From: an uncultured delta proteobacterium | GTDB lineage: Bacteria > Myxococcota > Myxococcia > Myxococcales > Myxococcaceae | Reading direction: 5' to 3' | Assembly: GCA_963713045.1 (NCBI GenBank) | Contig: CAVQKE010000004.1 | Location: forward strand, 896,001 to 960,000 | Length of the DNA stretch: 64,000 bases | In this document: piece by piece, positions 30,531 through 48,845 of the stretch | How positions within the stretch are numbered: position 1 is the stretch's first letter | Layout of the letters: every line of letters starts with the position of its first letter | Made by a program: the position numbers and the translations under genes | The notes under the pieces: generated by a model | The model's database searches: none | Seen by the model: the letters and a program-made list of their open reading frames with translations, nothing else | What the model was told of the DNA's origin: nothing

Positions 30531-30690
30531 TCGCCCGGACGCCGCGCACGCCAACCGCCCTGGACTGATGTCTGCGGAGGCGGGAGGCCTGCTGCGGAGG
30601 GCGGCCAAAACGCTCTCCACGCACCGGTGGACCAGAAACGGCAAGGGCCGCTCTCGCGAACGAGAGCTACCCTTGCCGAACGTCGGCTGG

Positions 30691-34909
<4,219 letters not shown>

Positions 34910-35050
34910 TTGCCTCCGAAGTCCTAAAAAACTCTCCACTTAAAGTGCCCCAAGCACGTCTGGTCGCTCCGGACACCATCGAATTCCTCACTCTGCGAGC
35001 CCGGGAATCGCTCCACCCCGGGCCTCGCGCCACCAGCACCCCCGACGCCC

Positions 35051-39262
<4,212 letters not shown>

Positions 39263-39446
39263 CTCTTCTCCCGGTGGCGCAGGGCACCGCTGAATTCACA
39301 AAATCCCGAAGAACCTTCGCCGAAGCGGACACTCATCGGGCGACGAACGGCAATGACAAAGGCCAATGCCGGCACCCCCGCATTGGTGGGGAACCGGCAA
39401 GGCGGTTGGGGCTCCGGAGCCGTTCTTGCGGCTCCGGGCGGCAGGA

Positions 39447-39821
39447 CTACTTGATCTCGACGGTGGCCCCCGCGGCGGTGAGTTGATCCTTCATCTTCTG
39501 GGCATCGGCCTTGTTGACGCCCTCCTTCACCGTTTTGGGAGCGCCCTCGACCAGATCCTTGGCCTCCTTCAGGCCCAGGCCGGTGATGGCGCGAATCTCC
39601 TTGATGACGTTGATTTTGTTGGCACCGGCACTGGCGAGGACGACGGTAAACTCCGTCTTCTCCTCCACCGCCGCAGCAGCGGCTCCGGCACCTGGCGCAG
39701 CCGCGACGGCGACAGCCGCTGCGGAAACGCCCCACTTCTCCTCGAGTTTCTTCACCAGCTCTGCCGCCTCTAGAACGGTAAGGGCGGACAGGTTCTCCAC
39801 AATCTGATTCAGGTCGGCCAT
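39447..39821 (-). CDS. rplL: 50S ribosomal protein L7/L12
   Basis: [27 protein letters not shown]. Confidence 0.98.
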   Translation of the reverse strand: MADLNQIVENLSALTVLEAAELVKKLEEKWGVSAAAVAVAAAPGAGAAAAAVEEKTEFTVVLASAGANKINVIKEIRAITGLGLKEAKDLVEGAPKTVKEGVNKADAQKMKDQLTAAGATVEIK

Positions 39822-39913
39822 GGCTCGGAACTTGCCTCTATAATGGTCTTGACTCCACGCGGCAGAGTCTGTTGGGGTTAAACTATCTCTTCAGCTGTTT
39901 GGTTCAATTAGAA

Positions 39914-40432
39914 TCACTTACCAAGAGCTTCTGCGCGGGCCTGGACGAGGCGCGCGAGGCTGGAACCTGGGGCGCCCACCGTCCGCACCAGCTTGCCTGC
40001 CGGCTGCATGAGGAGTCCCAGAATCCTCGCCCGGAGTTCGGACAGGCCAGGCAACTTCGCCAGGGCCGCCACGCCGGCAGCGTCGGTCTTCTTCCCCTCC
40101 ACGACCGCGCTACGAATTTTGATGGTCTCCAGGTCCTTGAGGAACTCGGAGAGAATCTTCGCCGGCGTCACCACATCGTCGTAGCCAATGGCAATCGCCA
40201 CTGGCCCGGTGAAGTCCTCACTCACCATCTCCACCGGGGTCCCTTTGGCGGCCCGGCGGGCGAGCGTATTCTTCAGGACCCGGTAGTCCACCCCGCCCTC
40301 GCGAAACTTCTTCCGCAGCCGGGTCACCGTTTCGACATTCAGGCGCGAGAACTCCGCGACAATCGCCGTACGGGCGCGCGCGAACTTCTCGTTCAACTCC
40401 TTGATAAGCGCTTCCTTCTCGCTTCTTTCCAC
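39914..40432 (-). CDS. rplJ: 50S ribosomal protein L10
   Basis: YRVLKNTLARRA motif; GTG start after a GGAGG RBS; lies between rplA and rplL. Confidence 0.96.
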   Translation of the reverse strand: MERSEKEALIKELNEKFARARTAIVAEFSRLNVETVTRLRKKFREGGVDYRVLKNTLARRAAKGTPVEMVSEDFTGPVAIAIGYDDVVTPAKILSEFLKDLETIKIRSAVVEGKKTDAAGVAALAKLPGLSELRARILGLLMQPAGKLVRTVGAPGSSLARLVQARAEALGK

Positions 40433-40579
40433 TCTGGTCTCACCTCCTCCTGTCGTTTCGCGGGCGAGCGGCGTACGGCCGTCGCCCGTGCTGCCTGGAC
40501 CAGAGGCAGAAGCGAGAAGTGACTCCGAAGAGCACCACCCCCGAGGAGGAGGCCGGCTGAGTGCCGGCATCCCCTTCGG

Positions 40580-40695
40580 ACCGCTTCCACTGTCTCGGCA
40601 GGGCTGGCGTTCACATCTCGCCGTTTCGACGGGCCGGCGTTCAAGAGGGGTACTGCTCCCCCAAGAGGCCTCCCCGTCCCTGCTGTCTCGGACCA
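40580..40695 (-). promoter_or_regulatory. L10 leader (rplJ autoregulatory RNA)
   Basis: CCGAGACAGCAGGG...CCCTGCCGAGAC paired motif upstream of rplJ; bounds approximate. Confidence 0.7.
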
Positions 40696-40792
40696 GAGGG
40701 TGCCGGAGTTCGTCTCCCCTCCCTGGGAGGGGGGGCTGGCTCCAGCGGAACCGGCGCGTCTACCACCGGCGCACCGGGAAAGTCAAAACCCG

Positions 40793-41506
40793 CTACCGGT
40801 AGCGGGCGTTGATGACCTGGGTGTCGAGCTTGATGCCCGGACCCATGGTGGAACTGATGGCGATTCCCTTGAGGTAAATGCCCTTGGCGGTTGCTGGTTT
40901 CAGCTTCATCACCAACTCGATGAGGGCGTTGAAGTTCTCGGCCAGCTTCTCCGGAGCAAAGCTGGCTTTGCCCACCGGGGCATGGACGATTCCGGCCTTC
41001 TCCGCCCGGAATTCGACTTTGCCCCCCTTGGCATCGCGCACTGCCTTGCCCACGTCCGCGGTGACGGTCCCCACTTTGGGGTTGGGCATCAACCCCCGCG
41101 GACCAAGCACCTTTCCCAGCCGGCCCACCACGCCCATCATGTCCGGCGTGGCGATCACCGTGTCGAAGTCCATGAAGCCCTCTTCGATGCGCTTGGCCAA
41201 ATCGGCCTCCCCGACGACGTCGGCTCCGGCGTCTTTCGCCTCCGACTGCTTCTCGCCCTTGGCAAACACCGCCACCCGGACCGTCTTGCCGATGCCGTGC
41301 GGAAGCACCACTGCCCCTCGCACCATCTGGTCGGCATGCTTGGGGTCGACGCCGAGGTTGATGGCCACGTCCACCGTCTGGTCAAACTTCGTTTGACGCA
41401 GCTCGATGGTCTCCTTGAGGAGCCGGAAGGCCTCGTCGATGCCGTAACGCTTGTTGCGGTCCACTTTGGTGGCGGCCGCCCGGAACTTCTTTCCTGAGTT
41501 TGTCAT
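40793..41506 (-). CDS. rplA: 50S ribosomal protein L1
   Basis: [16 protein letters not shown] and SSTMGPG. Confidence 0.98.
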   Translation of the reverse strand: MTNSGKKFRAAATKVDRNKRYGIDEAFRLLKETIELRQTKFDQTVDVAINLGVDPKHADQMVRGAVVLPHGIGKTVRVAVFAKGEKQSEAKDAGADVVGEADLAKRIEEGFMDFDTVIATPDMMGVVGRLGKVLGPRGLMPNPKVGTVTADVGKAVRDAKGGKVEFRAEKAGIVHAPVGKASFAPEKLAENFNALIELVMKLKPATAKGIYLKGIAISSTMGPGIKLDTQVINARYR

Positions 41507-41534
41507 GTGAGGTCTTTCTTCCCGGGGGGGGCGG

Positions 41535-41981
41535 TTAGCCGACGATTTCGATGCCCATCGAGCGCGCCGTGCCAGCGATGGTGTTCATCGCTGCCTTGAG
41601 GCTTCCCGCGGTGGTGTCGTTGATTTTCAGCTTGGCGATTTCCTCAAGCTGCTTGCGGGTCACCTGGCCCACCTTCTCTTTGCCCGGTTTGTGCGCACCG
41701 GAACCCTTCTTCTTGTCGGTGTGCAAGCCTGCCGCCTTCTTGAGCAGCACCGCGGCCGGCGGCGTCTTGAGCAGGAAGGTAAAGGACCGGTCCTGATAGA
41801 CGGTGATAATCACCGGGATAATCAGGCCTTCCTTCGCCTGCGGCTGCGTCGCCGCGTTGAACTGCTTGCAGAACTCCATGATGTTGACGCCCTGCTGTCC
41901 GAGCGCCGGTCCGATGGGGGGAGCCGGATTGGCCTTACCCGCCGGAATTTGGAGTTTCACCTGCCCCGTGACTTTTTTCAT
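41535..41981 (-). CDS. rplK: 50S ribosomal protein L11
   Basis: [21 protein letters not shown] and [10 protein letters not shown]. Confidence 0.98.
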   Translation of the reverse strand: MKKVTGQVKLQIPAGKANPAPPIGPALGQQGVNIMEFCKQFNAATQPQAKEGLIIPVIITVYQDRSFTFLLKTPPAAVLLKKAAGLHTDKKKGSGAHKPGKEKVGQVTRKQLEEIAKLKINDTTAGSLKAAMNTIAGTARSMGIEIVG

Positions 41982-42000
41982 CGCTGCTTCTGACCTCCGG

Positions 42001-42035
42001 GTGGTTCGAACGGGTGGCTGTCGCCGCCCTCCCAC
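42001..42035 (-). promoter_or_regulatory. L1-binding leader upstream of rplK
   Basis: GTGGGAGGG...CCC...ACCAC hairpin immediately before the GGAGGT RBS of rplK. Confidence 0.65.
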
Positions 42036-42091
42036 CGCTGAATGCTGCCCTTGAGTGAATTCTCAAGGGGGTCCGTCGCCCGGACTCCTTC

Positions 42092-42640
42092 TTAGGACCC
42101 GGTTTTCTCCACCTGCATGAAATCCAGCTCCACCGGGGTGGCGCGACCGAAGATGGAGACCAGCACCTTCACCCGGCCCTTGTCCGGATTCACTTCCTCC
42201 ACCGTCCCGTTGAAGTTGCTGAAGGGGCCGTCGATGACGCGAACCGTGTCGCCCTCCTCGAATTGCACCTTGGGCTTCGGCTTGAGCGTGCCCTCGGAGA
42301 TTTGCGTGGTGAGGCGCTCCATCTGGTTTTCGGGGATGGGTGGCGGCTGCTCGTTGTGCGCCGCACCGATGAAACCGGTGACCTTGGGCGTGTTCTTCAC
42401 CAGGTGCCAGGTCCGGTCGTTCATCTCCATCTGGACCAGGATGTAGCCGGGGAGGAACTTGCGCTTGGAGGTCTTCTTCTCCCCCTTCACCATCTCCACC
42501 ACCTGCTCGACCGGAATCAGGATTTCTCCGAAGTGCTCGGTCAGCCCCTCCAGTTTGATTTTCTCCTCGAGACTCTTCTTCGCCTTGTTCTCGAAGCCCG
42601 AGTAGGTGTGCACCGCGTACCACCGCTTTTCGCCCATCAT
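42092..42640 (-). CDS. nusG: Transcription termination/antitermination factor NusG
   Basis: [19 protein letters not shown] and KOW domain VRVIDGPF...[10 protein letters not shown]. Confidence 0.97.
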   Translation of the reverse strand: MMGEKRWYAVHTYSGFENKAKKSLEEKIKLEGLTEHFGEILIPVEQVVEMVKGEKKTSKRKFLPGYILVQMEMNDRTWHLVKNTPKVTGFIGAAHNEQPPPIPENQMERLTTQISEGTLKPKPKVQFEEGDTVRVIDGPFSNFNGTVEEVNPDKGRVKVLVSIFGRATPVELDFMQVEKTGS

Positions 42641-43081
42641 AGTCTCCCCAACAGGGCGGGCAGCCATTGCACCATTAGCTTGTACGCCATCGTGTCGATT
42701 CCGAAGAGCAACAGCCCCGCCACCAGCGAGGCGATGATCACCGCCCACGTCGACACCCAGGTCTCGGCGCGCGAGGGCCAAGTCACCTTCATCAGCTCGG
42801 TTGCCGATTTCCATGGCCAGCTCGCGCACCCGGGTGTTGAGCCAGCAGCCGCCCAAAAGGGCGGCGGTGAGGACCAGGGCCACCAGTGACGTCGTCTTCC
42901 ATTCAGTCAGTCCTTCGAAAATGGGCCGGTCGGGGAGGCCGGCAGCGACCCAGATGGGCGCCAGCACGTGCTGGAGGAAAAGCACCAGCGCCGCCGCGAC
43001 GCAGAGGGTGAAAATCACCACCAGCCGCGTGGGGGACATCCCGGAGCGGTTGGCTTGATGGAGGGCTTCGTTGGAGGCCAT
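42637..43081 (-). CDS. secE: Preprotein translocase SecE (three TM), one extra base near 42805
   Basis: Removing one G restores EIATELMKVTWPSRAETWVSTWAVI...LLGRL*, with the stop overlapping the nusG ATG. Confidence 0.9.
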
Positions 43082-43106
43082 GTCAGGCGGGTCCTTGTGT
43101 GCGCAG

Positions 43107-43179
43107 CAGGCCAGGAGGGATTCGAACCCCCAACAGGCGGTTTTGGAGACCGCTGCTCTACCGTTGGAGCTACTGGCCT
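43107..43179 (-). tRNA. tRNA-Trp(CCA); 3' CCA not encoded
   Basis: AGGCCAG/CTGGCCT acceptor stem, anticodon arm GCGGT-CTCCAAA-ACCGC and GGTTCGAATCC T arm. Confidence 0.95.
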
Positions 43180-43186
43180 AGTCACC

Positions 43187-43346
43187 CTACTTCCTTCCTT
43201 GTGGTCGGTGTGCTTTCGGCACCACCGGCAATATTTCTCAGTTCAAGCTTGTCCTGGCTCTTCCGCTTGTTCTTGGTGGTCGAGTAGTTGCGGCGTTTAC
43301 ACACCGGACACTCGAGCGAGATGATGCTGCGGTTTCCTTTCGGCAT
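43187..43346 (-). CDS. rpmG: 50S ribosomal protein L33, Zn-binding type, frameshifted (about 2 nt missing)
   Basis: [36 protein letters not shown], then shifted [14 protein letters not shown]. Confidence 0.9.
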
Positions 43347-43439
43347 GATTTCAACTCTCCATCAAAAGGCGAGTGGGGGGCGCCCGAACGGCTTTGGGCT
43401 CCCCCCACCGGGCCAACCACATTGGGTGGGTGGCTCTGC

Positions 43440-44644
43440 TTACTCGATGACTTCGGCCACCACGCCGGCGCCCACGGTGCGGCCGCCTTCCCGCATCGCG
43501 AAGCGCAGTTCCTTCTCCATGGCGACCGGGGTGATGAGATCCACTTCCATGGCGATGTTGTCTCCCGGGCATCACCATCTCGACGCTCTTGGGCAGCGTC
43601 ACGACCCCGGTCACGTCCGTGGTCCGGAAATAAAACTGCGGCCGGTAGCCGGTGAAGAACGGCGTGTGCCGCCCGCCTTCCTCTTTGTTGAGCACGTAGA
43701 CTTCGGCCTTGAACTTGGTGTGCGGGCGTGATCGACGCCCGGCTTGGCCACCACCTGGCCCCGCTCCACTCCGTCCTTTTTGATGCCCGCGCAGCAAGCG
43801 CCCAACGTTGTCCCCGCCTGGCCCGTCGTCCAGGAGTCTTCCGGAACATCTCCACCCCGGTGCACACCGTCTTTGGCGTCGGGGCAAGACCCACGATCTC
43901 CACTTCCTCGCCCACTTTCATGACGCCGCGCTCGGCCCGGCCCGTTACCACCGTGCCGCGCCCGGAAATGCTGAAGACGTCTTCAATGGGCATCAGGAAC
44001 GGCTTGTCCGTGGCGCGCACCGGCTCCGGAATGTAGGTGTCCAAGGCGTTCATGAGCTCGAAGATGGGCTTGGCCTCTTCGCTGTTGATATCGTCTGATT
44101 CCAGGGCCTTTAAGCGCACTTCCCTTGATGATCGGGATGTCGTCGCCCGGAAAGTCGTACTTGCTTGAGCAGTTCCCGAAGTTCCAGCTCGACCAGTTCG
44201 ATGAGCTCCGGGTCGTCCACCATGTCCACCTTGTTCAGAAACACCACGATGTAGGGAACGCCCACCTGCCTGGCCAGGAGAATGTGCTCCCGGGTCTGGG
44301 GCATGGGGCCATCGTCGGCGGCCACACCACCAGGATGGCCCCGTCCATCTGGGCCGCTCCGGTGATCATGTTCTTGATATAGTCGGCATGGCCCGGGCAG
44401 TCCACATGGGCGTAGTGGCGCTTGTCGGTTTCATACTCCACGTGGGCCGGTGCGATGGTGATGCCGCGCTCACGTTCCTCCGGGGCCTTGTCGATCTGGT
44501 CAAAGGCCGAATGAAGCTGGCCATCCCTTTCTTGGCCAAATGCTTGGTGATCGCCGCGGTCAAGGTCGTCTTGCCATGGTCGATGTGACCGATGGTGCCC
44601 ACGTTGACGTGTGGCTTCGTGCGCTCGAACTTCTTCTTGGCCAT
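43440..44644 (-). CDS. tuf: Elongation factor Tu, broken by about nine frame changes
   Basis: [43 protein letters not shown] and [10 protein letters not shown] found across several frames. Confidence 0.95.
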
Positions 44645-44674
44645 GTGCTCTTCCTTCCGGAATGCGAACCTTAT

Positions 44675-44733
44675 TTCCCGGAGGATTGCACTCCGGGGGA
44701 CCTCATCCTTACCAAGGATGACGCTCTACCAAG
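44675..44733 (-). pseudogene. Partial tRNA-Thr(GGT)-like fragment
   Basis: TTGGTAGAGC, then CATCC-TTGGTAA-GGATG anticodon arm and AGGTC; degenerate T arm and no acceptor stem. Confidence 0.6.
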
Positions 44734-44734
44734 A

Positions 44735-44810
<76 letters not shown>

Positions 44811-44812
44811 CT

Positions 44813-44888
44813 TGGAGCGGGAAACGGGATTCGAACCCGCGACATTCAGCTTGGAAGGCTGACGCTCTACCATCTGAGCTATTCCCGC
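44813..44888 (-). tRNA. tRNA-Gly(TCC)
   Basis: GCGGGAA acceptor, TCAGC-CTTCCAA-GCTGA anticodon arm, encoded CCA. Confidence 0.96.
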
Positions 44889-44902
44889 CCACGCCTACAT
44901 GA

Positions 44903-44988
44903 TGATGGAGAGGGGATGGATTCGAACCTACGAAGGCTGCGCCGGCAGATTTACAGTCTGCTCCCTTTGGCCGCTCGGGTACCCCTCC
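44903..44988 (-). tRNA. tRNA-Tyr(GTA)
   Basis: GGAGGGG 5' end, GCAGA-CTGTAAA-TCTGC anticodon arm, long variable arm. The 3' stem is imperfect, probably from sequence errors. Confidence 0.9.
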
Positions 44989-45043
44989 GCACGCTCTCCT
45001 TCGTCCGTTTTTCGTTCGTCCCGTTGTCTTTTGAAGCCTCCCG

Positions 45044-45117
45044 TGGCCGGCGGCGGGGGTCGAACCCGCGACCTACTGATTACAAATCAGTTGCTCTACC
45101 GCCTGAGCTACACCGGC
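45044..45117 (-). tRNA. tRNA-Thr(TGT)
   Basis: GCCGGTG acceptor, ACTGA-TTTGTAA-TCAGT anticodon arm and GGTTCGA T loop. Confidence 0.93.
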
Positions 45118-45447
45118 ACCGGCTGATTTCACTCGATTTTTTCTCCTACAACGACTGCCTACTGCCAACCGGTGGGGGCCTCCGAAACCGCCCCTGGACC
45201 GTACCCTACATGCACACCTATCCAGTGGGGGTCCACCCGGGGGTCGCGCGTCCTACCGCGAACGTCTCGACTTGTCCAGGCCTGGCCCGGGCGCCCCTCT
45301 GCGCTGCACCGTGCAGCGCGGCCCGGCGTGGGGCGAGCGGCGCTCTGTCTCTATAACCAGCCGTTGGCCGCACGCCATGCGCCCACGGCGGAGGGCCGCC
45401 TTCGGGCGCCCGGCACTCGTCCCTTCCGGAGGAGCGAATCGGCGAGG

Positions 45448-47916
45448 ATGGGCACTTTGAAACGGGTGGCCCACAAATTTGGAGGCTCCAGCCTCGCCAA
45501 TGCCGCGCGGTTCCGGGCGGTGGCGGAGCTGCTCTGTGCCCGCGCCGAGCCAGAGCAGGTGGTGGTGGTGTCCGCCATCCAAGGGGTGACGGATGCGCTG
45601 CTGCGCCTGGCCCAGGACGCCTCTGACGGCCAACAGAGCTGGCGAGAGGCCGGTGCCGCGCTGCGGGAACAGCACGGCCGGGTGGCCGACGAATTGCTTG
45701 GGAGCGCCGCCGCGGAGGTGCAACTCTGGCTCGATGCGCGCTTCGCGGAGCTGACGGCGCTCCTTCAGGGGCTCTCCCTTTTGCGCATCCGCGCTCCGGA
45801 GACGGTGGACCGCATCCAGGGGCTGGGAGAAGTTTTTTCGGCACGGCTCCTCTGCGCTTACTTCGGGGCAATGGGAAGTCCGGCGGCGCTCCTCGACGCG
45901 CGCGACGTCCTCGTCGTCCAGCCGGGGGAACTGGGCGTCGCCGTCGACTGGGAGGACAGCGCGCGGCGGCTGGCCCTCTGGCGGTCAAGTCACCCGGAGG
46001 CCCGGGTGGTGGTGACTGGCTTCGTGGCTCGCGATGAGCGCGGCATGCCGACCACCCTCGGGCGAAACGGAAGCGACTATTCAGGGTCCATCTTCGGCGC
46101 ACTGTTTGAAGCCGAGGAAATTCAAATCTGGACGGACGTCGACGGTGTCCTATCCGCCGACCCGCGTCTGGTCCCCGAGGCGGTGCTGGTCCCGCACCTG
46201 TCCTACGACGAGGCGTGCGAGCTGGCCTATTTTGGGGCGAAAGTCGTTCATCCGCAGACGATGGCCCCGGCGATTGCCCGCGGCATCCCCTTACGCATCC
46301 GCAACAGCTTTCGACCGGAGCACCCGGGCACCCGCATCGACGCCGAGTTGGACCGCAGTCGGACGGTGAAGGGCATCAGCACCATGCCTGGCCTGGCGCT
46401 CCTCAACGTCGAAGGGGCCGGGATGATTGGCGTCCCGGGGACCGCCGAGCGCGTCTTCGGGGCGCTCCGCGCCGCACGCGTGTCGGTGGTGATGATTTCT
46501 CAAGGCTCTTCGGAGCACTCCATCTGCTGCGTGGTGCGCGCCTCCGAGGCGGTGGCGGCACAGACCGGTCTCCGGGAAGCCTTCGCTCGCGAGCTCGAAC
46601 GCGGTCACATTGAGCGAATTACCGTGCAGGCCGGCATCAGTGCCCTGGCCACGGTGGGAGACGGGATGGCCGGGACGCCGGGCGTCGCCGCCCGACTGTT
46701 CCAGTCTTTGGCTCGCCCCGGGGTGAATGTGCGAGCCATCGCCCAGGGCGCTTCGGAGCGGAACATTTCGGTGGCCATCGCCAGCGCCGATGCACCCCGG
46801 GCCCTGCGCGCGGTCCACGCCGGTTTCTACCTTTCGGCGCAGACGGTTTCCTTGGGCTTGGTCGGCCCGGGGCAGGTCGGGCGCGCCTTCTTGCAGCAGC
46901 TGGCTCGGGCAGAAACACGGCTGCGAAGTGAGGCACACCTCGACCTTCGGGTGCGCGCGGCGGCAGACAGCCACCGGATGGTGCTGGAGGAGCTCTCGCT
47001 CGCGGCTGCCGACGCGCCGGCCCTGCTCGCCGCCGCGACTTTACCGACGGACCTCGAGCAGTTCGCCCGTCACGTTCGGGCAAGCCATCTACCCCACGCC
47101 GTCATCATCGACTGCAGCGCCAGCGACGCAGTGGCCGATGCCTACGCCGGTTGGTTGGCGTTGGGCATCCACGTCATCACCCCCAACAAGCACGCGGGCA
47201 GCGGTCCGTTGGAGCGCTTTCGGCGTCTGCGGCGCGCCTCGGCGGAGCATGGCGCCCGTTTCCGCTACGAGGCCACGGTCGGGGCAGGCCTCCCCATCAT
47301 CACCACGCTGCGCGACCTGCTGGACACGGGCGACCAGGTGCTTTGCATCGAGGGCATCCTCTCCGGAACGCTGGCCTACCTCTTCAACCAGTTCGACGGC
47401 CAAGTGCCATTCTCCACCCTGGTGCGCGAGGCGCGCTCCGCCGGTTACACCGAGCCCGACCCGCGCGAGGACCTCAGTGGCATGGACGTGGCGCGCAAGT
47501 TGGTGATTCTCGGTCGGGAAATGGGCGACGCCCTGGAACTGTCCTCCGTCTCGGTGCAGGGGCTGGTGCCGCCCGGGCTTCAAGCGCTGTCGCGCGAGGA
47601 GTTCCTCGAGCGCCTCCCGGAGCTGGACCAACCGCTCGCCACCCGCCTCGCCGAGGCGCAGAGTCGAGGCCGCGTGCTGCGCTACGTGGCGCGACTGGAC
47701 CGCTCCGGTGCGGCCACCGTTGGACTGACGGAGCTGCCCGCCGAGCACGCCTTGGCCCACGGCCAGGCCACCGACAACGTGGTCCGCTTCACCACGGCCC
47801 GCTACCGCGAGCGACCGCTGGTGGTGCAAGGACCGGGCGCCGGCCCAGAGGTGACCGCGGCCGGCGTCTTTGCTGACCTGTTGCGCATCGCCACCGGGCT
47901 GGGAGGGTCGTCGTGA
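45448..47916 (+). CDS. thrA: Bifunctional aspartokinase/homoserine dehydrogenase I
   Basis: HKFGGSS, TLGRNGSDYS, two ACT domains, GPGQVG, YEATVGAGLP and GPGAGPEVTAAGVFADL. Confidence 0.95.
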   Translation: MGTLKRVAHKFGGSSLANAARFRAVAELLCARAEPEQVVVVSAIQGVTDALLRLAQDASDGQQSWREAGAALREQHGRVADELLGSAAAEVQLWLDARFAELTALLQGLSLLRIRAPETVDRIQGLGEVFSARLLCAYFGAMGSPAALLDARDVLVVQPGELGVAVDWEDSARRLALWRSSHPEARVVVTGFVARDERGMPTTLGRNGSDYSGSIFGALFEAEEIQIWTDVDGVLSADPRLVPEAVLVPHLSYDEACELAYFGAKVVHPQTMAPAIARGIPLRIRNSFRPEHPGTRIDAELDRSRTVKGISTMPGLALLNVEGAGMIGVPGTAERVFGALRAARVSVVMISQGSSEHSICCVVRASEAVAAQTGLREAFARELERGHIERITVQAGISALATVGDGMAGTPGVAARLFQSLARPGVNVRAIAQGASERNISVAIASADAPRALRAVHAGFYLSAQTVSLGLVGPGQVGRAFLQQLARAETRLRSEAHLDLRVRAAADSHRMVLEELSLAAADAPALLAAATLPTDLEQFARHVRASHLPHAVIIDCSASDAVADAYAGWLALGIHVITPNKHAGSGPLERFRRLRRASAEHGARFRYEATVGAGLPIITTLRDLLDTGDQVLCIEGILSGTLAYLFNQFDGQVPFSTLVREARSAGYTEPDPREDLSGMDVARKLVILGREMGDALELSSVSVQGLVPPGLQALSREEFLERLPELDQPLATRLAEAQSRGRVLRYVARLDRSGAATVGLTELPAEHALAHGQATDNVVRFTTARYRERPLVVQGPGAGPEVTAAGVFADLLRIATGLGGSS

Positions 47917-48845
47917 GTGCGCGTCAGGCGACCGCTTCGGCCCCAGCCTCGGTCGGCAACATCGGCGTCGGCTTCGACATTCTCGGCCACTCCATCGAAG
48001 GCCCGGCCGACCAGGTCACAGTGACTGCCATCGAGGAGGCGGAAGTCCGCATCAGCGGCATTGAGGGCGTGGTGGCGGGGCTGCCGCGCGAGGCAGCGCG
48101 GAACACCGCGGGCCAGGCTCTCATCAGCCTGCGTCAGCGCCTCGGGCTGCGGCACGGTTTCGAGGTCTTCATCCACAAGGGCATTCCGCTCGGCTCGGGG
48201 ATGGGCGGTTCGGCCGCCTCGTGCGTCGCGGCCCTGGTCGCGGCCAACGCCATTCTCGAACGGCCAGTCGCGGTGGAGGTGCTCTACCCCTGCGCGCTGG
48301 AGGGTGAGTCGGTGGCCAGCGGCAGCCTCCACGGCGACAACGTCGGGCCCATGCTTCTCGGGGGCCTGGTGTTGGCGACCCGGGACAGGCTGCTTCCCAT
48401 TCCCGTGCCCGGCGACCTCAGCTGCGTGCTGGTGCATCCGCACCAGGTGTTGGAGACGCGCACCGCGCGGGCCGTGCTGAATCGGCCCTTTCAGCTTCCG
48501 CAATTCGTCGCCCAGAGCGCCAACCTGGCCCTGGTGCTGGCCGGTTGTTACCGCGGCGAGCTGGACACCATTGGGGCCGGGCTGCGCGACGTCTTGGTGG
48601 AGCCGCTGCGGGCACCGCTGGTGCCGGGCTTCGCGCAAGTGCAGGCCGCGGCGCTGTCGGCGGGGGCGCTGGGAGCGAGCATCTCCGGCGGCGGCCCAAG
48701 TGTCTTCGCCTGGTGCGACGCCACCAAGGCCCCGGAAATTGCGGCCGCCATGGAGGCTGCGTTTGCTCGCTGGGACATCGGCTGTGACGTCTTTGTCTCT
48801 CCGGTGGCTGGTCCTGCAGCTCGGGTGCTGAGATGCACTACCTAA
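47913..48845 (+). CDS. thrB: Homoserine kinase (GHMP)
   Basis: APASVGNIGVGFDILG, IPLGSGMGGSAAS, HGDNV and SISGGGPS. Confidence 0.95.
   Translation: MSARQATASAPASVGNIGVGFDILGHSIEGPADQVTVTAIEEAEVRISGIEGVVAGLPREAARNTAGQALISLRQRLGLRHGFEVFIHKGIPLGSGMGGSAASCVAALVAANAILERPVAVEVLYPCALEGESVASGSLHGDNVGPMLLGGLVLATRDRLLPIPVPGDLSCVLVHPHQVLETRTARAVLNRPFQLPQFVAQSANLALVLAGCYRGELDTIGAGLRDVLVEPLRAPLVPGFAQVQAAALSAGALGASISGGGPSVFAWCDATKAPEIAAAMEAAFARWDIGCDVFVSPVAGPAARVLRCTT

Noticed and set aside
42092..43081. Apparent SecE-NusG fusion ORF (329 aa)
   Set aside because: Removing one extra G near 42805 restores the SecE motif ELMKVTWP and its own stop overlapping the nusG ATG; an indel artefact.
44675..44733. 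att-site duplication of an integrated element at tRNA-Thr
   Set aside because: The fragment is the tRNA middle rather than its 3' end, differs in sequence from the adjacent tRNA, and there is no integrase or cargo.
45118..45447. thr attenuator or riboswitch upstream of thrA
   Set aside because: No Thr/Ile-rich leader peptide and no U-tailed terminator; the GC hairpin near 45385-45428 matches no riboswitch I recognise.
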